A program made the translations under genes and the position numbers. Shown here piece by piece: positions 50,825 through 63,380 of a DNA stretch of 64,000 nt; position 1 is the first letter of the stretch, and each line of letters opens with the position of its first letter. The DNA comes from Camelus dromedarius (taxonomy: Eukaryota): positions 28,646,001-28,710,000 of the forward strand of contig NC_087436.1 in NCBI RefSeq assembly GCF_036321535.1, written 5' to 3'. The notes below the pieces were generated by a model. It was not told the origin of the DNA. It ran no database searches and worked only from the letters and a program-made list of their open reading frames with translations.

Positions 50825-52175
50825 TATTTTTAAACAAACTTTCAGTATTAGAATAGCTTTAGATTTACAGAAAAAAACCCAAGAAAGTATAGAGAATTCC
50901 TATACAACTTGCACTCAAGTTTCTTCCTATTTATAACATCTTACATTAATTATGGTACCTTTGTTACAATTAATGAGCTAATATTGATACATTAATTAGC
51001 TAAAGTCCATGTTTTATTTAGATTTCCTTAGTTTTTACTGATTGTCCTTTTCTATTCCAGGATCCTATCAAGGACATCACATTACACTGAATTATGGTGT
51101 CCCCTTAAGCTCCTTGTGGCTGTGGCAGATTCTCAGACTTTTCTTGTTTTTCATGACGTTGGTAGTTTTGAGGAGTGTTGGTCAAATATTTTGTAAATTG
51201 TTCCTGAATTGGGATTTATCTTTTTTGTTTTCATGATTAGAATGGGATTATAGTTTTTAGGATGAAGACCACAGAGATTAAGTGCCATTTTCATCTCATA
51301 CTATCAAGGTCATTGATATGGATTGTATACACCACTTCCTCCCAAAAAAAAGAGATAAATGAGATCCTAACTTTCAGTGTCTCAATATGTTGGTCTTATT
51401 TGGAAAGAAGGTTGTTACACATGTAATTAATTAAGTTAAAATGAGGTCATACTGCAGAAGGTCAGGTTCCAAATCTAATATCCATAGTATCCTTGTAAGA
51501 GTATAGCAACGAGACGACAAAGAGACACAGAGGGAAGGCCATGTGTTGATAAGAGCAAAGATTAGAGTCACACAGCTGCAACCCAAGGAATACCAAGGAT
51601 TGCTGGGCACACCCAACACCAAGAGAAAAGCATGGAGAAGATTGTCCCCTGGAGCTTTCGGGAGAACATGGCCCTTTGAAAGCTTGGTTTTGGACTTCCA
51701 GCCATCAGAACTGTGACACAATTTATTTTATTTAAACCAACCAGTTTTTGGTACTTTGTTACAACAGCCCTAGGCAAGCAGTGCAGGCACATACCATTCC
51801 CATCCCTTATCACTATTCATCACCAGGCTCAGGTAGTGTTTGTTGGGTTTCTCAGCTGTAAGTTACTCCCCTTCCCCTCTTCCATTCTATACTTTTTGGA
51901 AATAATCACTGCACAATCCACACTAAGGAAATGAGGATTTCTGTTTCACCTCCCTGAAGGTCTAGTAAACACATAAATTATGCGGAATTCTTCTACATGA
52001 AAGAATTGTTAAATCTCCCCCATTTAATTTATTTATTCATTCAATTATTTACTTATATCACTATGGACTCATAGAAATTCATTTAATGTTTTTGGTTGTA
52101 AACCAATAATACATTATCCTGTGACTCAAATAGTCTCAAATTGTTCCATGTTTGGTTATTAGGAGCTCTTTTGCT
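50825..52175 (-). mobile_element. L1MC3/4-like 3' region, interrupted by an MLT1 LTR
   Basis: tttagatttacagaaaa...ttccaggatcctatcaaggacatcacattaca...gaagaccacagagattaagtgccattttcatc. It resumes after 51790. Confidence 0.85.
51314..51785 (+). mobile_element. MaLR LTR (MLT1C-like), full length
   Basis: aagttaaaatgaggtcatactg...ggacttccagccatcagaactgtgacaca...gtactttgttacaacagccctagg. Degenerate 5-bp TSD gtcat/ggcac. Confidence 0.9.
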
Positions 52176-52206
52176 GTCATACATATATATATATATGACG
52201 TATACA

Positions 52207-52445
52207 TGTAGCCTCATTTTAACTTAACTAATGACATCTGCAACACCCCCATTTCCAAGTAAGTTCACATTTAGAGATACTGAGGTTAGGATTTTATCTT
52301 TTTTGAGGGAAACACAATTCAGCCCATAACAGTGTCCTTGATATGATGTAATGGAAATGACATTTAATTCTGTGGTCCTTCTCCTAAAAAAACCATAATC
52401 CCGTTCTAATCACAGAAATAAATTAAACAAATCCCAATTGAGGGA
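52207..52445. repeat. Inverted duplicate of the L1MC/MLT1 junction at about 51200-51450
   Basis: Its reverse complement aligns continuously with 51200-51450, including the junction (tatcaagg-acac-tgttatgg vs tatcaagg-tcat-tgatatgg). Confidence 0.8.
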
Positions 52446-54099
52446 AAATCAATAATATGTATATATGTACATGTAAGTATGTATATATATATATATATCA
52501 TATATGTAACAGTTTTATGAAAAGATTTAAGCATTGTCATAACTCCAAATCACATATAAATTGCTATAATTTCTTTTTCTTTGCCAAGTTCCATCATCCT
52601 TCACTGAGTGCCTGTGACTTCTGAACTTTAGTTCCAAACTTATTTTCAAAGGTGACTAAGTTTCTGCTTCAGGAGATTCCATCATCTTTGTCTGGGCCTT
52701 GAAAATCATTTCAGAACAAACTTCCTGTTCATATCTTTCATACCCACTCATATCAGACATATATTCCAAAATACAACAATGATCATACCAAGCCCTTGTG
52801 GAAAAAAAATTTGCTGCTTTTCCATCACCAACGAAAATACAACTCTACAGCCACTCAAGGTTTATATGACCTATTTGCATACAGAATTTCTTGTATGACC
52901 CCCTCTATGCACTCTTCCCCAATTTTCAAACTTCAGCAAGTAGAATGTCACAAGTCTGCATATATAATGTTTTCCCAGTTATGTAGCCCTGTTCATATTG
53001 CTCCCACTCTCCGGAACACTCTCTGGCCCACAGCCAAAAGCCTACATCACACTCATCCTTCCCAGACAAGAATCAATGTCATTTGCTTGATAAAACCTCT
53101 CCTAATCTTTCTAGTTAGAAGTAATGTATGTCTAGACCCCCCTGACATTTGAGTGTTTCCCCTTTCACACAACACTCTTGATCTTATGCATGAATCTGTT
53201 AGTGAAAGTAGGATACATATCTTAGCACTTTTTAAAATTCTCCATAGCACCTAACACTCCGTCATCCATATTTAGTTTTGTATTTCTCATGGATTCATGT
53301 GGCAGAAGTCAAGAAGAAGAGAGTTATTTTTAATCTTCATTCAAATTGACAAAATTTACAAATTTTTTTTCAGTTAAATCCAATTACACAATAATTTATT
53401 CAGTATCTCCTTCATACCCAGCTTTCCATCTTCAACAAACCATTTAATGGAGCTTTTTAACTCAGGCTAATTTATAAAATCAGTTATTATTTTAGCCCTG
53501 TCTTCCTTCCATTATTCTCATATTTTTTTCTGTATTTGAAGTAGTTGTTTTTCTCTAACTATATAATCATATCATTAATCACATCATTAATGCACTTATT
53601 ACCCTTAAAATCACTCCTTTTCAAAGTTAAGGAAAGGAAGAATCTTTCCAAGAAACCAAATTAAAGAAGTCCTTAAATTTAAGGAATCCTTGTAAATGAA
53701 AGTGATAACTTTTTATATAAGCCCATCCTTTAAATTAGCCAGTGACATTTTTAAGTATCAGGAAGAATTTTAGTTTCCTGCTAAGAAATGATATAAAGAC
53801 TGATAAATAATTTAGAGCATCAGTGGGGTGAAGAAGCAACTTGGAAGCTAGAAGTAGAATGGAAAAACTAAATATTAAAATACCATCTTCAGTATAAACA
53901 AGACAACAGCAAAGATTAGTATCATCATTAGTAGAAGTCATATGGTTATTGTTGACACTTTCCAAGACTGGTCAACACTTCAATATTTGCTTGTCTAAAT
54001 AGGTAACTATTTTTCCAGGGGCTTATTTCTTTGTAGTGACTCTTTGAGGACTGTAATCAATAGTTATCTTCAAGAACAATTTTGACAGGACACCCAGAT

Positions 54100-54450
54100 G
54101 AATCACGTATGTGACAAAATTTACTTTGAGCACCTAATGTGTGTCTGGTGCTGTTCCACAGGCTTTGGATATTGTGCTGATGAGTCACTGCTGTACCTTC
54201 ATTCCGTGAGCATCCTAATGGAATGGACAGAAAATAAACAAGTTAACACAATTGATTTTTAAGTAATCCTGAATAGTGATGATTCTTATGGAGTTAAAGT
54301 AAGATAATATGTGAGGGTGTGGAGGGCATTCTGTCTGTGTGTATTTGTAATCAGGGAAGTCAGGGAGAGCAATTTCGATATGTATCATTCTAGCAGAACG
54401 CTTGAGTGAAGTGGAAGGGTGGGCTCTGTGAAATCTTAACACTGGTGCAA
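54100..54450 (-). mobile_element. L2 3' fragment
   Basis: tttgagcacctaatgtgtgtctggtgctgttc...gggaagtcagggagagc. Confidence 0.6.
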
Positions 54451-54693
54451 TCCTTCTCCATCGGAACTTTCCAGACTGAAAATAGTGTCATTTTCTTTAA
54501 ATAAAGTGAAAAGACTTTGAGGAAAATAAGGATTTAGTATACCTCAATTGTATTTTTTTTTTAACATATCTTGTTAAGTTTGTAGCTTAATCCAGAGTTT
54601 TCTGTATCTTGTTGGATCAATAGGCACATTGGATTGCTAAGAGGTATAGACTGTCATAAGCTTTTGATATAAGAAACTCCTTTGGAGATTCAG

Positions 54694-55182
54694 TGTCATG
54701 GAAACTTTATGTGTCAACCTGGGTGGGGCCCAGGATGCCTAGATATCTGGTTAAACATTATTTCTACGCAGATACTTAGTTAAACATTATTCCAGTGTGT
54801 CTGCCAGGGTGTTTCCGGAAGAGATTATCACTTGAATTGGTGAACTGAGCCATGCAGATGGCTCTCCCCAGTCTGGGTGGGCATCCTCCTATCCATCCAG
54901 AGCCTGAATAGAACAAAAAGGTCGAGGAAGGTTGAGTTGACTACCTGCCTGAATGTTCGAGCTAGAACATCAGTCTTACTCTGCCCTCAAACTAGGTCTT
55001 ATACCACTGGCTTTCCTGGTTCTCAGACCTTTAGATCCAGACTAGAATCTATATCTCCCTCTCCAGCTCCCAGGTCTTTAAACTGCACCACTGGCTTTCC
55101 TGGGTCTCCTCTTTGTCAACTGCAGATGATGGCATTTCTCAGCCTCTTTAACTGTGTGAGTTAGTTAATGCTTTATAATAAA

Positions 55183-55222
<40 letters not shown>

Positions 55223-55258
55223 TCCTATTGTTTCTGTTTCTGTGGAGAACCCTAATAC
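54694..55258 (+). mobile_element. ERVL solo LTR (MLT2-type) containing (TG)17
   Basis: tttatgtgtcaacct...ctggttaaacattatttct...tctcctattgtttctgtttctgtggagaaccctaatac. Perfect 5-bp TSD ttcag (54689-54693 and 55259-55263). Microsatellite at 55187-55220. Confidence 0.92.
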
Positions 55259-56099
55259 TTCAGGTTTTGTTGATGTAATTAAAAACAAAACCCACTTTAG
55301 CCTAAAAGAAACGTTAGGTAGTTCCTTCTTAAATAAAACACAGATGTGACGCCGTACTTTTTTTCATTTTAAGATGGCATTAATTTTTCTAGATATAGCA
55401 TCATTTTAAAAAATGCTTAATAGGAAAAATGTTAACATTGTGGGAAAAAATATACAGAATACATACACGCAGCAACTTTATAACTGGAAAAAATCTTGTA
55501 TTCATTTGTACTACTTGGTTTGAATATCATAATAAATGTTTGCATTTAAGCTTATTTCACAGTCAATTTCTAAAGACTAATTCCTTTGAGCGTTGGTGGT
55601 TAAGCACACCAACATGGTGACACTCACTATATTTTGTAACCCATGCTTGTAATTTTAGACTTGTGAGCAACCAATTATTCACCATATAATTACCCATGTC
55701 CTATTTGTCTTAATTGCTATTTGTTTAAACACAAGGTATATTTTCCTACTTTCATTGTCTGTTTATCATTATCTGATAAGCATTATTTATGTAAATCCAT
55801 TTTTACCTTGGATGTAAATACCATAGTAGTAGGGGTTAACAATTAATATTAGCCCCTTTTTGAGGGGGAAAAAACTCCAAAAATTCCAAGATATTTAGTA
55901 ATTTCTCTCCTTATTACTGTGTTATGTCTATGTGAATTTAAAAAACTATAATTAGATTAAAATTTTCATCTTATCAGCACGTGTTCCTTTAGAAGACATT
56001 TTAATGTTTCTGCTATCAATAATTAGGGCTGAACATTTAAATCCAACTCCAATTTTGTTGTGTTATCAATGCAAATAAGTCAAGTGCAGTGAAAATCAG

Positions 56100-57450
56100 T
56101 GGAAGAAGTGTTCTCACACTGCTGACTTCACTCTGGTACAAGGAGAACACCACCATACTTACTCCTGCTGCAGATACAAGCTACTCCTTAAATCTGGACT
56201 ACACATACAGTGATAACTCTTCACTACTGCTGGACATACTTAATACTTTATAAGTAAGAAGTCTTGCATAGCCTGCTTGGATCTCTGTGTAAGTTGTCCA
56301 ACAACCCAGCAGTGCCATTCAAAAGGGCCAATTCTGCTTTCACACACAAGTGGATACTGGAGTCATACTAGTTGAACTTCACTATTGCTTCTTTTTTTTA
56401 TTTTAAATAGAAGTATAGTCAATTTACAATGTTGTGTTAATTTCTGGTGTACAACATAGTGATTCATTTATACATATATATATATATTCCTTTTCATATT
56501 CTTTTTCATTATAGGCCATTATAAGATATTAAATATAGTTCCCTGTGCTATACAGTACGACCTTGTTGTTTATCTATTTTATACATAGTAGTTAGTATCT
56601 GCAAATTCCCAGCTCCCAATTTATTCCTCCCAATGCCTTTCCCCTCTGGTAACTGCAAGTTTGTTTTCTATGTCTGTCTTTGTTTTGTAAATAAGTTCAT
56701 TTGTGTCTTTTTTTTTTTTTTTTAAGATTGCACATATAAGTGATATATAGTATTTTTCTTTCTCTTTCTGGCTCATTCACTTAGTATGACAATCTCCAGT
56801 TCAATCCATGTTGCTGCAAATGGCATACTTTCATTCTTTTCTATGACTGAGTAGTGTTCTATTACATAAACATACCACAGCTTCTGTACCAAGTTGTGTC
56901 GATGGACATTTAGGTCGCTTCCAGATACATGCTATTGCTTCTTCATGCCCCACTGTGTTCTGCTGAAAAGTAGTCAAACATTAGGAATCTGGTTTCCCTG
57001 ATTTAAAGATTTCTTGCTGGTTCCATCCTATTCAGGCCCCACTATTCTTCAAGGAAGAATACAACCACTCTTTCAGTTCTGAGGCCTGAACTAGGTCTTT
57101 AATATAGCAGCCATTATAATTTGCCTTGAGACTCACATACATTTATCATTTCTGGCTGCCAGCTATTAGAATGAGTTCCAGCAACTTTTGCCTGAGGGAC
57201 TCATAAACACCCTCCCACAACCTTCTTCAGAAGGAGTCAAGCTGTTTGTCCATTTTAAATCTCAGATTAAGAAGTCTATAATTTTGCTCCTTTTCTCCAA
57301 AGAAACATCTTCTGCAGGAAGAAACATTCAGTGATTTCCATGGACTGAACTGGGCCTCTTGTGGCCGCCTTCATTCGGGAATTTGAATGGAGCTCCTGCC
57401 AGTTCCTCTGCTAGTGGCAGCCATTCTGAGTGATTCCGAGATGACGTTCA
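56100..57450 (-). mobile_element. Ty3/Gypsy RT-RNase H relic, split by a younger L1
   Basis: Ordered minus-strand motifs: LPAED (57321), KGAK, LNLR..KQL, VFMSPSGKSCW (57211), CYIKDLV (57109, cf. YIDD), EEAIVKF, LNGTAG, LSLYV*S (56216, cf. L.VDAS), YLQQ. Confidence 0.55.
56394..56931 (-). mobile_element. 5'-truncated lineage-specific L1 with 12-bp TSD
   Basis: Perfect TSD ctattgcttctt at 56382-56393 and 56932-56943. Antisense L1 3' UTR and ORF2 end (atccatgttgctgcaaatggca, gatggacatttaggt). Confidence 0.93.
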
Positions 57451-57769
57451 GTTCTTATCAACTACTCTTATGCGGGAAAGGGGGTGCAAATGCTCGTGAG
57501 TGTCATCTCCGCTAGAATATCCCCGCTGGTAGTTTCCTCACAGTGCTCCTCTGCCAAGTCCCTGGCACATTTATTTTGGCATCAATTACAAGGTATCCTG
57601 ATTTCAAAAAAATAAAATGTGAGAAATGTGCTACTTAGGCTTTGGCAACATATTATGGGGAGTCACAACTTTCATATTACATCCTCAAGCTGACTTTAGA
57701 ACTGTGGAATTATGCCAGGAAAGAAATTGAACCGGGAAAAATAAGAGATAAATTGTAACCTTGATGAGC

Positions 57770-58520
57770 ATGTCCAACTCTTCTCACTCCATAAGGGAAA
57801 GTGGCACTGCTATCTCTACCCACCTACCCAAGCCAGGAAACTGTGTGTATCATCAGAGTTCTTCTGCTTTCTTATTTTTCTTGTCTCCCACATCTGATCC
57901 ATCACCAGATTGTGTCAGGTCTGTCTCCTAAATATGATTCACTTTGGTCCATTTCTTTTCCATTTTCACTGCTATCCTTTGGTCCATGCCACCAGCATCT
58001 CTGGCTCGAGTTACTCTGATAGCCTCCAACTAGTGTCTCTGCCTCCAGTCGTGTTTGCAAATCAAATCCATTTTCCACACTGTAGCCCAAATGTTCTTTC
58101 TAAAGTACAAATCTTATCATGTCACATCTCTGATAAACTGTGTTATTGGCTCCCCAATGTTTCCACAATCAAACTCTACACGGCTTACTAGGCTTTTCAT
58201 GATACAAGCCAAGCCCTATTTACCTTCCCAGCTTCAACTCTTAGCACTGTTCTTCCCATATCGGATAATACAGTAAACTGAACTTGTCTCCAGGTAATTT
58301 CATACACTGTTGTTCTCTCTCAATGGAATGTTCTTCGGCCTCCTCTGTCTATCAAGCCCCAACTGCTCCTTTTAATGCTCAAATTAGAAGCCATTGCTTC
58401 AGAAAAGACTTCCTTAACTCTCTCAAATTTATCCCAATATGTGTTCATAATGTGACATTTATCATCTTGTACTGGGATTACTGATTTTACTAACCTATTT
58501 GTATTTGTAGGTCCTCTGGT
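57770..58520 (+). mobile_element. L2 fragment
   Basis: cccaagccaggaaact...tccatgccaccagcatctct...atagcctccaactag...ttccacactgtagcc, typical L2 sequence. Confidence 0.75.
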
Positions 58521-59459
58521 GTCTCATATAAAAGGCAGTGGAAAGACTTACCTTGTATGGTCCCTAATTTATTTTAAATACTCTGCATTTCAGTGTCATT
58601 AGATGGGGCATATAATCACTCGTTTTCCAGCCTTTACCTCTGCCTTTCTTCTCTTCCTGCTTAACACATTTTAAGAAATCCTGCACTTTTTCCTGGAGAT
58701 ATTTAATTTCTTGGCTCCTATGTTAGCATGTTAATTCTTCAGTGCCCTCCTTTGTTTAGAGCTGTATCTCCTGCAATTTGCATGATGGCCCAGTGAGGCT
58801 CAAAAAATATTTATTGAGTAAATAAATTCTATCATCAGTGTGAGATATACATAACTTATTCATATCATCTGTTAGCTTCTTTCCAAATAAACAAGCCTAT
58901 CTGAAATTGTAAGACTTATATTTGCTGTTTAAATTTTCATTGTGGATATAAAGTGAATTCCTTAACTACTAATTATAAGTTAAATCATTGTCTGCAACAG
59001 ATAGTTTACAATAGACAGTCTTTATGTTATTATGAGTGGAAAAAATAAAGGAAATCTCAAAATTTACAAATACGTGAGGATTTTGAGAATATAAAGTAAT
59101 ATGACAGATCTTTCCCCCACTGACATTTGCTTACCAAGGTCTTCATACTAAAAAATAAAACAAAAATATTTCTTAAAATGTAAGCTATATTTTGTGGCTG
59201 ACCATGTTGCTGGTTATAAAAGTGAACTGCAGTAACACTGGATCAAAGTAGGCTAAAGTAAAAATGATGTTTATTTTTCAGAAGAGTATTCTTTTATTAA
59301 AGGTTAGAATTTTAATGATTCACCTAAATTAAACTGGATTAGTATAAATAATGTCTCTTTATAGTGTTTATTGAAAGGATGACCCTTTGATCATCAGCTT
59401 AATTAAGGACCATGAATTTGGTTAAATTCCTTACTCTGTATTCTCTGTAGATCTTAGTA

Positions 59460-59700
59460 AGATAATAATAACTAACATCATTTGAAAGCTGGCTATGGTA
59501 CCAGGAAGTGATACACAAACTCAGCATGAATCTATTAGCTCACAATCTTCAAGACAATTCTATAAGATAGTAACACAATCTTTGCTCTGTATTTGAGTAA
59601 GCTGATGCTCCATGCAGTCAAGTCATTGTTTAAAGGCTAACCCACTTCTATAAGCCAGAATATGAAATCAGGTATTCTGCTCTTAACTGACACATGCTCT
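59460..59700 (-). mobile_element. MIR SINE
   Basis: ataataactaacatcatttga...tcttcaagacaattctataagatag...aagtcattgtttaaaggc, antisense MIR. Confidence 0.6.
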
Positions 59701-61170
59701 GCCTCTTTTGGGACTAAATTGGCCTTATATATACACCGTGGACCGATCCTTCAAAAGCAACTTCATCAACAAATGGAGTAAATGTATGAAAACATTTAGG
59801 AAATTCACAAAGTTATAAAAACCTACCCAATAAAGGAAATGAGAGAGGAGAGAGAGCGAGCGAGCATCACAGAGAGAATCAAAACACAGAGAGACAGGAA
59901 AAAGGGAAGAAAAGGAAAGGAAATGAAGAATAGGTAAGAGAAAAAAAATGTTTTAAGTTGAGAATATATGAAATGAGAGAGTGTAGCTAATAATGAAAAA
60001 AAGAAAGTAAAACTTGGATTTCTGCCCATTCCTTTGCAATCTAGTCAGTACCGTGTAGCAAAAGCCACTTCTTCCACAAATCCTGTAAGCACCTAACAGT
60101 TTCTGGACACTTTTTAGATGATTGGGATAAGAAAGTGAACTAAACAGACAAAGGAATCTCCTTCCTTCCTAATGGGAGGCGAGAACAATTAAATGCAACG
60201 CGTGTGTACTGTGTTAGATAGGGAAAGCCACTCTGATAAGGTGACATTTGGGTTGAGGTCAGAAAATGTGTAGGAGTAAACAATGATGACATAGGAAAAC
60301 AGTATTCCTGGCATCCTGTTTTAATATTCCAGAATCTTTGTGGCAGTTTATTTGATTTACAGTATTTTATCAAACTCATTTGCCATTCTAATGCATTATT
60401 TCCAAGGATAGAAATAAGAGGAAATAAACTGTATCTAATCTTCACAAAGTTTAAATAGTTCACAGTAATAGATAATAGATATAGTGTGCCTCTTAATTTC
60501 ACTTAATATAGGATTATGGATGGCTAAGGCTATCATTAAACATCTTAAGGAAAATAGGGCAATTGTCATAAAATATAGGCTTTATAATTTTACATATATA
60601 TTTTAATAATGTTATTTAATTTATTAAAAATGTATTTTTTAAGCCTGGAAAGCAGATGTCTTGCTTTTAGCAAATTTTTATGTCTTCACATTACCAAGAT
60701 TCAACAAGCCATAGGTGTCAATGAAGGTGGCTTCATCATTCAAAAGCAAACAAAATACTTGATGAGTTATTTTAGATTGAAATATCGCAAATGTATAACA
60801 AAGAGTTTAGTAAACATTTAGGGCTAAATCCATGCAGCACAGGTAAGGTTAGAATTGAACCTGCAAATAGCAGGTATTGAACTGTACTGCAATGTTTTCA
60901 AAGCCTTCATTTGCTTTTTCCCGCAGCACAAAAAGATATAAAGGCTTCTGTAAACCAAAATCAAGGGTGTGGTGCCTAGGATATTATTTTATTTTGAAGT
61001 CCTATGAACATAAAGAAGAGTGGGCAAAGCTGATATTCATACCATTTATTATTACAGGATGAATAAAGAAGTGAGTGTAAAAAAAAATCAGGTTTTAAGC
61101 TAGCTCACAGACCATGCTTGGCAATGTTCAACTTTACTTGATTCTTGTGATCCTGTAAAACATTACTAGT

Positions 61171-61799
61171 TACAGAAATGTCCCCACTTTGTTATGTTCT
61201 GGGAAGCTACTTATTGCAAAGAAATCCCTCCCCACGTGAACTAGGTAAGACTCAGGGACGCTCCCTGTGACAAGGCGCAGACAGTCCCTCCAAATTCTCA
61301 TTATTTCTCCTCATAAAGGATTAGCTCAATCTTTTGCCCTGGCTTATCGGTGTAAAGAGAATGCTTTTTGACGAATTTTGGCTAAGCTTGCGTGCTTCTC
61401 CCAGCCCCCTGAACTTTGGCTCACCCCTACCTGAGCCGGTGTACAGCCCTCCTCCACAGCGCCTGCAAGAACTGACGGGTGTCCGGGTCCACATTCTCCG
61501 ATCCAGTGTCCTGTCACTGCCCCCGTCACCCATTCATTCCTTCATCCCACTTCTCCACGCCCTGCTCTTTCTTGGTTTGTCTTTTGCTGTTGCTGTTCTT
61601 GTCTTGTCCACTCTTCCCTGTAAAAGAAAAGCTGCTCTCAGCCTAACTTTGGAGACTTTTGCAGGTTTCCCGGTCGCTGTGTTCTGCCGGCTCCCATAGT
61701 CTTCTTCCCCCGACTCCAGTCATCCCTTTCCTTCTCCTGCGACGGCCCTTTTACATAAAGCCTCTGCTCACTTAAATCCTGAATGTTTTCTATTTGACA
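61171..61799 (+). mobile_element. ERV1-class solo LTR (MER67-like)
   Basis: 4-bp TSD tagt (61167-61170 and 61800-61803). It ends tttgaca. ccctgaactttggc..ccc..cctgagcc and taaaagaaaagc motifs. Confidence 0.75.
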
Positions 61800-62939
61800 T
61801 AGTTTAGAACAAATATGACCTATAAAAACTTGTTATTCCTGGTTTTACAATAAATGAATCAGTGGACAGAGATGCTAAGTAGGTAGAGAGACAGATGGGT
61901 AATAGATAGGAAGAAACAATTACAGATCTTGGTCATCTCTACTCTAACATTTATTTTCCAAACCAAAAAACAAGTATGAACCACTGTAAGTCCTCTCCAT
62001 CCCCTTCTGCTTTATCTATATCTTCTCTTACATACCTTCACCCAGCCTTAACACCTTTGCCCGGAAGTGTAAAACATTCATAAAAATAAAAGGATGAACT
62101 ATTTAATATGCTTATTTCATTTTGAATCTCCTATGGCTATCCTTATTTCTCATTTCAAAACATTTCACAAGAGTTAATATATAAGAAATCTAGGCAAAAC
62201 CTGATAAATATAATAGTTATTAATGAGAATTAACTATTTTCCCTCCAACATAAAAGCCTCCCTTAGCAGCCACTCTAATCATAATATCTTTGACTAGTAC
62301 TTATTTATAATAACTTTCATATTTATCTTTTCACTCTCCAAAAAGTCTTAACATATAGAAGTTGTATTATTATCTGTTCTTTATTGAAGAAGAAAAGATT
62401 AATGAATTTAAATTAATGTTCCAAGTTCACACAGATAAGTGTCATGTTCTTCTGATTAATATTTGTTTTCTGTACCAGAAAGAGAGAATATTGTAGACAT
62501 TGTACCTAGTAGCTAGATGTCTGTAAAATAAATATTTATTTTTTCACTTTTTTGCCTGGATTGCTAGGAAAATCAGAGTAAGGCTAGCACTTTACTTATT
62601 TGCAGTAACTGTCTTTAACCTAATTGCTTGCTGCTCTCTCTACCTTGGCTCTGATACTTTTAGTAAGACTCCTTAAAATTTCCCATTTTCTTTTTTTCTA
62701 AAATAGTTGAGGATAGATTAATAAATGCACAAAATGATTCTTACCTAGTAATACTTCGCAAGACTCCAGTGCCTCAAGAGCAAACTTTTCCACAGTGCTG
62801 TTAAGGCAGACTTTATTTAGTGGGAATTCCTCTGGCAACTTTCAACCACCCCTTGATCATGAGTCAGAAAGATGGATATGTCTTTTTTAAAGCTTCATTT
62901 TAAATGTTTCTGTGAAGATTGGGGAGATATTGATGTGAA

Positions 62940-63140
62940 GGCAAGCAGAATTAGAACGTCTCATCTGGAATTCTGGTTCAACTGCTTCTTTGCTGAATCA
63001 GCTTTAATGAAGCATTTAATCTCTCTCTTAAACTTAGTTCTTTCGTCTGTGAAATGGGCTATGAAATAATCACTATTACAGAGATGTTTTGTAAATATCA
63101 AATGAAAGCATTAGCAAAAGTATTATTTCAAATGCCATGT
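62940..63140 (+). mobile_element. MIR SINE
   Basis: aagcatttaatctctct...cttagttctttcgtctgtgaaatggg, the MIR core. Confidence 0.65.
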
Positions 63141-63353
63141 GTCACAAAGCATTTTTGTACTTTAAAGAGCTTAAGAGAATGAGAAATTTCTCCATTAAAT
63201 TGCTTTACTTAAACTACCTTTTAATTATATTTTGTTTTCATAAAGCAACGTGTATAATGTGAAACAGAAAACTGGTTAATCAGATATCAACATGCATTTA
63301 TTCCACTAGTAAGTTTCCAGGCGAGACAACGGGTATCTGGTGCGTGTGGTGGG

Positions 63354-63380
63354 GTGTGTGTGTCTGTGTGTGTGTGTGTG
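63354..63380. repeat. Interrupted (TG)n microsatellite
   Basis: Read directly from the sequence. Confidence 0.9.
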
